Assembly (NCBI GenBank): GCA_964390625.1 | Contig: CAYMID010000005.1 | Span: forward strand, 1 to 38,223 | Reading direction: 5' to 3' | Source of the DNA: an uncultured Gammaproteobacteria bacterium | GTDB lineage: Bacteria > Patescibacteriota > Patescibacteriia > Magasanikbacterales > UBA922 | Length of the DNA stretch: 38,223 nucleotides | Shown: positions 19,045 through 26,228 of the stretch, piece by piece | How the letters are laid out: each line of letters begins with the position of its first letter | How positions within the stretch are numbered: the stretch's first letter is position 1 | Position numbers and translations under genes: made by a program | Notes under the pieces: generated by a model | Database searches by the model: none | Told to the model about the DNA's origin: nothing | What the model saw: only the letters and a program-made list of their open reading frames with translations

Positions 19045-20145
19045 ATGGCCCAAGCCCGAGCAGACTATGTTTGGCTGTCATATTTTGGCGCCTGGTTATT
19101 GTTTGGGTTACTAGTCTTAAGTTCAGCTGGGGTGGGGGTAGGATTGGATCTTTTTCATGATCCTTATTTTTTTATTCGCCGACAACTTTTATACGGTGTT
19201 TTGCCGGGGTTAGTATTATTTTGGTTGGGTGCACGTATCCCGTATACTGTTTGGCATAAAAAAGCGCCGTTGATTTTTGCGAGTAGTCTAGTATTGTTAT
19301 TCTTAGTGTGGATTCCTGGTTTAGGAACTAGTTTTGATAAACATGCGCAGAGTTGGTTGGCGATCAGTGGATTTTCGTTCCAACCAGCCGAGGTGGCAAA
19401 GCTGGCCCTTATTATTTTTTTGGCCTATTATTTGCAGCGGAAAGGAACTGGCATTACCTCGTGGGAGGCAGGCTTTGTACCTACCTTGGTAGTGGCCTGT
19501 GCACCGGTGTTATTAATTTTGCTACAGCCGGATCTAGGGACAGCCTTAATTTTTTTGGGCATCATCATTGCCATGTTGTATGTAGCAGGGGCGCGTTTGG
19601 CGCATTTAGGTAGTTTAGTGGCCGTAGGTATGGTCGGGGTATTATTAATGGCCTTTATGTCGCCCTATCGTTTTGGGCGATTAATGACTTTTATGCACCC
19701 CGAGCTTGATCCTTTGGGTATTGGTTACCAAATTAATCAAGGATTTTTGGCGATTGGTTCTGGAGGTTGGTTAGGGTTAGGACTTGGACATTCACGACAA
19801 AAGTTTCAATATTTACCTGAAGTACAGGCTGATAGCATTTTTGCGGTAGCGGCCGAAGAGCTCGGTTTTATAATTACAGCTTCTTTAATTATTTTATTCG
19901 TGTTGATCGTGCGTCGGGGTTTACATATTGCTCGCATTATTCCAGACCAGTTTGCACGACTGGTAATTGTTGGGATTTTGGCCTGGTTCATGACCCAATC
20001 TTTTTTAAATATCGGGGCAATGGTTGGTTTGTTGCCGCTGACAGGAGTACCACTACCATTTATTAGTCATGGTGGAAGTGCTCTATTGGTGTCCCTGGCT
20101 GCCGTAGGTATTTTGACAAACATTAGTAAGTATCGTTCAGAATAA
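19045..20145 (+). CDS. ftsW: SEDS-family peptidoglycan glycosyltransferase FtsW/RodA
   Basis: Polytopic protein with 'QPAEVAKLALIIFLAYYL', 'LQPDLGTALIF', 'PEVQADSIFAVAAEELGF' and 'TGVPLPFISHGGSALL'. Confidence 0.9.
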   Translation: MAQARADYVWLSYFGAWLLFGLLVLSSAGVGVGLDLFHDPYFFIRRQLLYGVLPGLVLFWLGARIPYTVWHKKAPLIFASSLVLLFLVWIPGLGTSFDKHAQSWLAISGFSFQPAEVAKLALIIFLAYYLQRKGTGITSWEAGFVPTLVVACAPVLLILLQPDLGTALIFLGIIIAMLYVAGARLAHLGSLVAVGMVGVLLMAFMSPYRFGRLMTFMHPELDPLGIGYQINQGFLAIGSGGWLGLGLGHSRQKFQYLPEVQADSIFAVAAEELGFIITASLIILFVLIVRRGLHIARIIPDQFARLVIVGILAWFMTQSFLNIGAMVGLLPLTGVPLPFISHGGSALLVSLAAVGILTNISKYRSE

Positions 20146-20147
20146 TT

Positions 20148-21236
20148 ATGCACTCACGTTACAAAATACTTTTTTCTGGTGGTGGTACTTTGGGTTCGGT
20201 CACTCCGTTACTTGGTTTAGCCGCCATTTTAAAAAATAAATATCCAGAGGTGGAAATTGTCTGGGTGGTTACCAAAGGTGGACCAGAACAAAGTGTGGTA
20301 GAAGCAGCCGGATACCGTTGTATAACTTTGCCAGCGGCAAAATTGCGCCGTTACTGGTCGTGGCGCAATGTGCGTGATGCGTTCACTTTGGTTGGGGCAT
20401 TTTGGCGGGCTAATCGAGTTTTGTGGCAAGAGCAACCCCGGGTGTGCATTAGTGCTGGCGCCTACGTGTCAGTGCCGTTGCACTGGGCCGCGTGGTTACA
20501 GGGAATTGCCACCTGGATACACCAGCTAGATGTACAGCCTGGTTTGGCTAATCGACTGATGGCCCGAGCCGCCCGGTTAATTACCGTAGCCTTGCCACAG
20601 TCTGTCCAATTTTTTCCCCGACGCAAGACTGTAGGTGTGGGGAATTTTGTCCGTCCTGACATTGGTCATGGTCCAGAGTCAATTGGTCGTGCATTTTGGC
20701 ACATTGGCGATCATGATCCAGTCGTATTAGTCCTGGGTGGTGGCACAGGCGCTGAGCGCATTAATGAATTAGTGACTGCGGCTGCGCCCCAGATATTGTC
20801 GACCGCTCATATTATTCACAGTTTGGGGGCCGAACGACCAGCCGCGGCTGCCAATCGTTTATCCGAGCAATTTCCAGGGCGGTACCGGGCAGTGCCTTTT
20901 TTGGGAGCCGGTATGGCCCAGGCCTATGCCGCCGCTGACTTGGTGATTACCCGTGGTGGCTTTGGTACCCTGACCGAACTGGCTGCCTTGGGTAAAGCAG
21001 CGATAGTTATTCCTAAACCAGGTCATCAACAGGCAAATGTTAAATATTTTTTGGATAAAAAAGCCATCATTGCCGTGGACGAACGCCTAACTGACGGTGA
21101 TCATTTGGCCCAGGTCATTCGACATTTATTGCAACAGCCAGGTTTACGTGCGCAACTAGGTGCACACTTGCAGGCAGCCGCCCCAATGGCCAACCCAGAC
21201 AAAGTACTGGCATTGGCGGCACGCTTCCTCTCATAA
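20148..21236 (+). CDS. murG: MurG-like GT28 glycosyltransferase (lipid II synthesis)
   Basis: N-terminal G-rich loop 'FSGGGTLGSVTPLL' and C-terminal 'ADLVITRGGFGTLTELAALGKAAIVIP'. It follows ftsW. Confidence 0.8.
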   Translation: MHSRYKILFSGGGTLGSVTPLLGLAAILKNKYPEVEIVWVVTKGGPEQSVVEAAGYRCITLPAAKLRRYWSWRNVRDAFTLVGAFWRANRVLWQEQPRVCISAGAYVSVPLHWAAWLQGIATWIHQLDVQPGLANRLMARAARLITVALPQSVQFFPRRKTVGVGNFVRPDIGHGPESIGRAFWHIGDHDPVVLVLGGGTGAERINELVTAAAPQILSTAHIIHSLGAERPAAAANRLSEQFPGRYRAVPFLGAGMAQAYAAADLVITRGGFGTLTELAALGKAAIVIPKPGHQQANVKYFLDKKAIIAVDERLTDGDHLAQVIRHLLQQPGLRAQLGAHLQAAAPMANPDKVLALAARFLS

Positions 21237-21248
21237 TTTTTCACTTTG

Positions 21249-21257
21249 TGCTATACT
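21249..21257 (+). promoter_or_regulatory. Extended -10 element TGcTATACT
   Basis: It ends 11 nt before ATG 21269. No good -35 box is present. Confidence 0.4.
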
Positions 21258-21268
21258 AGTGGCACTGT

Positions 21269-22924
21269 ATGCCTCAATCAAATTTACTTCGACCAGGTGA
21301 ACAACGCGTTGACGATGACGTGTGTGTATTTGCGCAAACAAATTTTCGCAATCAGTTGCGTCGTTTTGGTATTAAGACCGATGACCGTCGCCGGCACATG
21401 TATGTGATTGGTAAAACTGGTATGGGTAAAACTACCCTCATGGAAAACATGGTTTTATCCGACATATACAAGGGGAATGGGCTTGGGATCGTTGATCCAC
21501 ACGGTGATTTTGCCGAAAAAATTATTGATTATATTCCGCCGCATCGTATTAATGATGTTGTGTACTTCAATCCATCTGACGTTGATTATCCAATTGGGTT
21601 TAATGTTTTGGAAATTAAAGATGAACGTCAAAAACATTTAATTGCTGCTGGTTTAATGGGCATTTTCAAAAAGATCTGGCCAGATGTGTGGAGTTCGCGC
21701 ATGGAGTATATTTTGAATAACACACTGTTGGCGTTACTGGATAACCCAGGCTCTACGTTGTTGGGGATTAACCGCATGTTGTCTGACCGGGCTTATCGTC
21801 GTAAAGTGGTGCGTAATGTTAAGGACCCGGTGGTAAAAGCATTTTGGCAGACTGAGTTTGCGGCCTATGAGGACCGTTATGCCAAAGAAGCCGTAGCGCC
21901 AATTCAAAATAAAATTGGGCAATTTTTGTCTGCGTCAGTTATTCGCAACATGGTTGCACAAGTTACCTCTACCATCAATGTGCGCGAAATCATGGACAAT
22001 AAGAAAATTTTTATCATGAATTTGTCCAAGGGCCGCATTGGTGAGGATAACAGTCGTTTGCTTGGCGGTATGCTGATCACCAAACTTCAATTGGCAGCGA
22101 TGGAGCGGGTTGATATACCTGAATCAGAACGCCAAGATTTCTTTTTGTACGTTGATGAATTCCAAAATTTTGCTACGCCAAGTTTTGCCAATATTTTGTC
22201 CGAAGCTCGCAAGTATCGCCTGAGTCTAATTATGGCTCATCAGTATGTGTTGCAGTTAGACGAGGTTGTGGCAGCAGCCGTATTTGGTAACGTGGGTACG
22301 CTGGTTTCGTTCCGAGTTGGTGGTGGTGATTCCGAGGCTTTGGCCAAGGAATTTGGTCCGTTGTTTACTGAAGAAGATTTGGTCAATCTTACTAAATACC
22401 AAATTATTCTTAAATTAATGATCGACGGTGTTGCGTCACAGCCATTTAGTGCATTAACAATTCCACCAATTGGCAATCCGACCAGTTCGACCGAAAAAGT
22501 TGTTCGCGTTTCGCGTGAGCGTTATGGTAAAAAACGTGAAATGATCGAAGAAAAGATTTTGCGGTGGAGTGGAATGTCGGGTGATAATGATGAAATTGAT
22601 ACGGAAAAAGCCATTGATTCTGCCCCGGTTCCACAAGGGGTCACTGGCTTTGAGTTTGTCGGCGAAGCCGCCAAGGCAGATCAAAACGTAAAACCTGTAT
22701 CATTGAATGTATTAATGCCTAATAGTGAAACAAAACCACCATTATCCACAGCCGTACGTGAGCATCAGCCAGCTTATGCCGAGACCACTCCGCCGGCAGT
22801 TGGCGAGAGTGGCAAGAAAAAACGCAGGCGAAAACGCAAGAAAAAATCAGGAGGTGAAGAAATACACAATGGCGGAGAAGCCGTCGCAATTGAATTTCCG
22901 CCTCCATTGGCACTTAGTGAGTAA
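21269..22924 (+). CDS. Soluble TraD/VirD4/TrwB-like (FtsK-HerA superfamily) P-loop NTPase with polybasic C-terminal tail
   Basis: Walker A 'VIGKTGMGKTT' and Walker B-like 'FFLYVDEFQNF', plus 'LIMAHQY'. There is no N-terminal TM segment. The C-terminus is low complexity with 'GKKKRRRKRKKKSGG'. Confidence 0.7.
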   Translation: MPQSNLLRPGEQRVDDDVCVFAQTNFRNQLRRFGIKTDDRRRHMYVIGKTGMGKTTLMENMVLSDIYKGNGLGIVDPHGDFAEKIIDYIPPHRINDVVYFNPSDVDYPIGFNVLEIKDERQKHLIAAGLMGIFKKIWPDVWSSRMEYILNNTLLALLDNPGSTLLGINRMLSDRAYRRKVVRNVKDPVVKAFWQTEFAAYEDRYAKEAVAPIQNKIGQFLSASVIRNMVAQVTSTINVREIMDNKKIFIMNLSKGRIGEDNSRLLGGMLITKLQLAAMERVDIPESERQDFFLYVDEFQNFATPSFANILSEARKYRLSLIMAHQYVLQLDEVVAAAVFGNVGTLVSFRVGGGDSEALAKEFGPLFTEEDLVNLTKYQIILKLMIDGVASQPFSALTIPPIGNPTSSTEKVVRVSRERYGKKREMIEEKILRWSGMSGDNDEIDTEKAIDSAPVPQGVTGFEFVGEAAKADQNVKPVSLNVLMPNSETKPPLSTAVREHQPAYAETTPPAVGESGKKKRRRKRKKKSGGEEIHNGGEAVAIEFPPPLALSE

Positions 22925-22940
22925 ACGTTATAAAAATTTC

Positions 22941-22975
22941 GACCGCGCTCCAGGACTGGGCGCGGTCTTTTTTTT
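22941..22975. terminator. Bidirectional rho-independent terminator
   Basis: gaccgcgc-tccaggactgg-gcgcggtc followed by tttttttt, with an A/T-rich stretch on the other side. Confidence 0.8.
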
Positions 22976-22976
22976 G

Positions 22977-23174
22977 TCATTTCTTCTCCTGGTCTTCGAC
23001 ACGCGCGGTGTCAGAAGCCTTGCGTTGTCTGGCCTGAGCCCGATCGCGAAGTACCCTTGAGAAAGCAGTGTCTGGCCCGAGGGCGCGTGCGATCCGGCCA
23101 GTGGGCGGTGGAACCAGTGGCCAGGTTTCGTCCGGCGTGAACGTAACTGGCGGTTTTTTACCTCTAGACCCCAT
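22977..23174 (-). CDS. Hypothetical small basic Pro/Arg-rich protein (65 aa) in a GC-rich block
   Basis: Internal ATG of ORF 22977..23366(-): MGSRGKKPPVTFTPDETWPLVPPPTGRIARALGPDTAFSRVLRDRAQARQRKASDTARVEDQEKK. An AGGGGG SD (23189-23184) lies 9 nt upstream. There is a candidate promoter, and the stop abuts the bidirectional terminator. Confidence 0.5.
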   Translation of the reverse strand: MGSRGKKPPVTFTPDETWPLVPPPTGRIARALGPDTAFSRVLRDRAQARQRKASDTARVEDQEKK

Positions 23175-23196
23175 GGAAATGAACCCCCTAATAATT

Positions 23197-23225
23197 AGTA
23201 AACAGGAATTCAGTGGGACCGTCAA
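23197..23225 (-). promoter_or_regulatory. Candidate promoter TTGACG-N17-TTTACT for the small minus-strand ORF
   Basis: On the minus strand, TTGACG is at 23225-23220 and TTTACT at 23202-23197. Confidence 0.4.
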
Positions 23226-23240
23226 TTTGTGGTTAAATAC

Positions 23241-23269
23241 TTGACAAAAACCCCAACTTAGGGTATAAT
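23241..23269 (+). promoter_or_regulatory. Consensus sigma70 promoter TTGACA-N17-TATAAT
   Basis: The hexamers are at 23241-23246 and 23264-23269, about 110 nt upstream of ATG 23380. Confidence 0.75.
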
Positions 23270-23300
23270 GGGCGCACATTGGGTAACGGCGTCTCAGCAA

Positions 23301-23363
23301 GGTTCCCAAAGCCCGTTCAGGGCAGGTCGATTTTAGTAGAAGTCTCAAATCACTTTGGGAACC
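23301..23363 (+). other. Structured 5' leader: 11-bp perfect long-range stem
   Basis: GGTTCCCAAAG (23301-23311) pairs with CTTTGGGAACC (23353-23363). The stem encloses an inner hairpin gccc-gttca-gggc and ends 16 nt before the ATG. Confidence 0.5.
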
Positions 23364-23379
23364 CAAAAAAGTTTAGAAT

Positions 23380-23679
23380 ATGAACTTTGGTCCTCGTCAG
23401 ATGGTTAGTGTGGACATGTCGTGCGCTTCGTGCGGCAACCACATTAGCGAACTGCCATTCCAACCAACCAGTGGTCGTCCAGTTTATTGCAACGAATGCA
23501 ACCGTGCTCGTCGCAATGATCGTCCAGACCGCTCAGCAGGTCCTCGCGCTCCACGTCAGATGTTCTCTGTGAACCTCAACTGTGGTGATTGCGGTACTGC
23601 TATCACTGAGTTGCCATTCCAGCCTTCGGGTGACAAGCCAGTATATTGCCGTGCTTGTCTCCAGACTCGCCGCGGTTAA
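23380..23679 (+). CDS. Tandem CxxC...CxxC zinc-ribbon protein (two copies of the 'CxxC-x17/18-CxxC' domain type)
   Basis: The two copies are 'CASCGNHISELPFQPTSGRPVYCNEC' and 'CGDCGTAITELPFQPSGDKPVYCRAC'. Each is preceded by PRQM[VF]SV and followed by an R-rich tail. Confidence 0.75.
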   Translation: MNFGPRQMVSVDMSCASCGNHISELPFQPTSGRPVYCNECNRARRNDRPDRSAGPRAPRQMFSVNLNCGDCGTAITELPFQPSGDKPVYCRACLQTRRG

Positions 23680-23689
23680 GGCGTCTCCA

Positions 23690-23727
23690 GAAAAATCCCT
23701 TCAACCTCGGTTGGGGGGATTTTTTAG
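23690..23727 (+). terminator. Rho-independent terminator
   Basis: aaaaatcccttcaacc-tc-ggttggggggatttttt; the stem includes G-U pairs. Confidence 0.65.
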
Positions 23728-23735
23728 TAGAGGCT

Positions 23736-24800
23736 ATGTCCAAAAAAACCCGCAAGAAAATTTTAGTGGCCATGTCTGGCGGAGTTGATTCGTCGGTGGT
23801 GGCTGCACGCCTTGTAAAAGCTGGTCATGATGTGACGGGCGTGTTTGTAATTAATTATGATACGGCGGGCCCAAATTGCTGGTTGCCTGATTATCGCGAT
23901 GCTGTGCGTGTGGCGGCGCATGTGGGAATTCCAATTTTGCGTTGGAATTGTGTGGCCGAGTACCGCGCCCGTGTGCTTGATTATTTGTATGCGGAATACG
24001 CAGCCGGGCGTACGCCAAATCCAGATGTGCTGTGTAATCAGTATGTCAAATTTGGGGTGTGGCTCGATAAAGCGCGCGCGGCAGGTTTTGATTATCTGGC
24101 CACTGGCCATTATGCGCAAACTCGCGACGGTGCATTATTAAAAGCCAAAGACACAAACAAAGATCAAACGTATTTTTTGCATCAAGTTACCCGCGAAGCT
24201 CTACAACAAACACTGTTTCCAATTGGTGATTTAACCAAACCACAGGTCCGTGCGCTGGCTAAAAAATGGCAATTACCAACAGCCCAAAAAGGGGAGAGTA
24301 TGGGCATTTGTTTTGTGGGTGAGGTGCCAATGAAAGAATTTTTGGCGGAAAAAATTAAACGCCGACCAGGTCCAATCATCACGGCCGAGGGTAAAGAGAT
24401 GGGGAAGCATAGCGGCTTGCCGTTTTATACCATCGGCCAACGCCACCAACTCGGGGATACTGCGTCTGTTGCCAACCAGGGCCAGGCTTGGTATGTTATA
24501 GAAAAGCGGGTCAACGACAATACCCTCATTGTTGGGCCAAAAAATCACCCAAAATTACAGTCTCGTACAATTCGTGTGGACCGGCTGCACTGGATTGGGA
24601 AAGCACCGCTCAAATCGTTTACGGCGCAGGTGCGTTTACGCCACCGCGGCGCCCTGCACACAGCGCAGGTCGTGCCAACAGCGCAAGGCTGTGAATTACG
24701 TTTATCAGAGGCCGAGTGGGCTGTAGCCCCAGGCCAGTTTGCCGTTATTTATCGTGGCACTGTCTGCCTTGGTGGTGGCGCAGTGACCGACGTTGTTTAA
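23736..24800 (+). CDS. mnmA: tRNA 2-thiouridine(34) synthase MnmA
   Basis: PP-loop 'ILVAMSGGVDSSV', 'TPNPDVLCN', 'ATGHYA' and 'KDQTYFL'. The start is at internal ATG 23736, downstream of the terminator. Confidence 0.92.
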   Translation: MSKKTRKKILVAMSGGVDSSVVAARLVKAGHDVTGVFVINYDTAGPNCWLPDYRDAVRVAAHVGIPILRWNCVAEYRARVLDYLYAEYAAGRTPNPDVLCNQYVKFGVWLDKARAAGFDYLATGHYAQTRDGALLKAKDTNKDQTYFLHQVTREALQQTLFPIGDLTKPQVRALAKKWQLPTAQKGESMGICFVGEVPMKEFLAEKIKRRPGPIITAEGKEMGKHSGLPFYTIGQRHQLGDTASVANQGQAWYVIEKRVNDNTLIVGPKNHPKLQSRTIRVDRLHWIGKAPLKSFTAQVRLRHRGALHTAQVVPTAQGCELRLSEAEWAVAPGQFAVIYRGTVCLGGGAVTDVV

Positions 24801-24804
24801 TTGT

Positions 24805-26226
24805 ATGTCTGAAATTCAAAATCGTTGGGTTATTAGTCTAGCAGCAATTGTGGCTATTAGCTACGATATTTTTTTCTGGCACGAAGGTTTAGGAAATAAT
24901 TGGCTATGGTTTACGGCGATTTTTCTGGCTGTGACCACAACCACACTGGTCATGGCAAAGCGTTGGCACAATAGTTGGGCAACCTTGCCTGCGTTGGCTG
25001 CGATTGGTTTTGCGGTCAGTACTGCGCTTTATGCAAATGAATTTGCGACTAACTTGGCACCTCTACTCACGATTGTGCTTGCTTTGACTTATATTGGGTT
25101 GGCTGGGTTTAGTACAGGTGCGATGTGGCAAATTCGCAACTTTGCTTTTTTTGAACATTTTGAAACTATTTTTACAGGCTGGCGCGCTACTTTGCATAAT
25201 GCGGCGCAGGGGCGTGAAGGTTTACTTCGTCAAATTGGCTACGGTCTTTTGATTGCGGCGCCATTTGTCATGATTTTTGGTTTGCTGTTTTCGTCAGCAG
25301 ATATGATTTTTGCGGATTGGCTCGAACGTCTTAATGTGTGGGAATATGGTTGGCGCGCACTCCGCACCTTGCTTCTTGTCATGGTTGGGATGGGTTTCTT
25401 TGCAACGTTAATGCGAGGAAACGGCAATGCAGAATTCCGTCCTTGGGTATGGAAAATGCCGGTGGCTACAGTAGGTGTTGTGCTCGCACTTCTCAATTTG
25501 TTGTTTGCCTCGTTTGTCACCATTCAAATTAAATATTTTTTTGGTCAGGCCAATTATGTGCTAAATAACGGTCTTTCGTATGCTGAATACGCGCGTCAGG
25601 GATTTTTTGACCTGGTGGCCGTCATGGTAATTGCGGCTGTAATTGTGGTGGCGGTGTATCGTTCGTACGCCAATGTAGCGCGCAGTTGGCTTGTCACAAT
25701 TTTGCAAACCGTGTTTGTGGCTCAGGTTGCAATTGTCGCAGTGTCAGCCCTCAAACGTATGGGTTTATACCAAAACATGTATGGTTTTACGACTCTCCGC
25801 CTGTACGTTGAATGGTTTATTTACTTTGCCTTGATTTTACTTGTGTTCGCAGCCGTGGCTCTGGTTGTGCGTCTTAGTTTTCGTCGTTTTGCCGGCGTAG
25901 TGCTTGCACTTGGTTTGCTGGCTAGTACAATTATTTCGTGGATCAATGTGGACCGCCTCATTGCTGCAAATAATATTGCTCGGTGGTATAATGGTCACGA
26001 GCTTGATACAGAATATTTGTCCACGTTGTCTCTCGATGCTGTCCCTGCAATTGCTAATTTGTTAAAACCTGATGTGTTTAACAAATTAGCAAAGTCGCAG
26101 TACGACGACATTGCCGGCTATTGGACTGCTAAACAAGCAGAGGTAGCCAGTGTCACGCCATTGTCGCATACCCTTTCGACCATACAAGCCAAAATGACGT
26201 TTGCAGAAATTGATCATAAATTCTAA
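24805..26226 (+). CDS. Polytopic membrane protein (possibly DUF4153/DUF4173-like)
   Basis: 473 aa with more than 10 predicted TM helices. The family name is a tentative recollection only. Confidence 0.6.
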   Translation: MSEIQNRWVISLAAIVAISYDIFFWHEGLGNNWLWFTAIFLAVTTTTLVMAKRWHNSWATLPALAAIGFAVSTALYANEFATNLAPLLTIVLALTYIGLAGFSTGAMWQIRNFAFFEHFETIFTGWRATLHNAAQGREGLLRQIGYGLLIAAPFVMIFGLLFSSADMIFADWLERLNVWEYGWRALRTLLLVMVGMGFFATLMRGNGNAEFRPWVWKMPVATVGVVLALLNLLFASFVTIQIKYFFGQANYVLNNGLSYAEYARQGFFDLVAVMVIAAVIVVAVYRSYANVARSWLVTILQTVFVAQVAIVAVSALKRMGLYQNMYGFTTLRLYVEWFIYFALILLVFAAVALVVRLSFRRFAGVVLALGLLASTIISWINVDRLIAANNIARWYNGHELDTEYLSTLSLDAVPAIANLLKPDVFNKLAKSQYDDIAGYWTAKQAEVASVTPLSHTLSTIQAKMTFAEIDHKF

Positions 26227-26228
26227 AT

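Noticed and set aside
22977-23240. The possibility that the GC-rich block is SRP (4.5S) RNA, RNase P RNA, tmRNA or 6S RNA.
   Set aside because: No hallmark motifs were found on either strand: no GGAAGCAGC-type domain IV, no GAGGAAAGTCC, and no tRNA-like T-arm/ACCA end. A complete promoter-SD-ORF-terminator unit fits better. A covariance-model scan has not been run, so the question stays open as a finding.
23700-23735. A weak promoter TTCAAC-N17-TTTAGT embedded in the terminator upstream of mnmA, which would make mnmA leaderless.
   Set aside because: Both hexamers are poor matches and they overlap the terminator stem. This cannot be distinguished from chance without TSS data.
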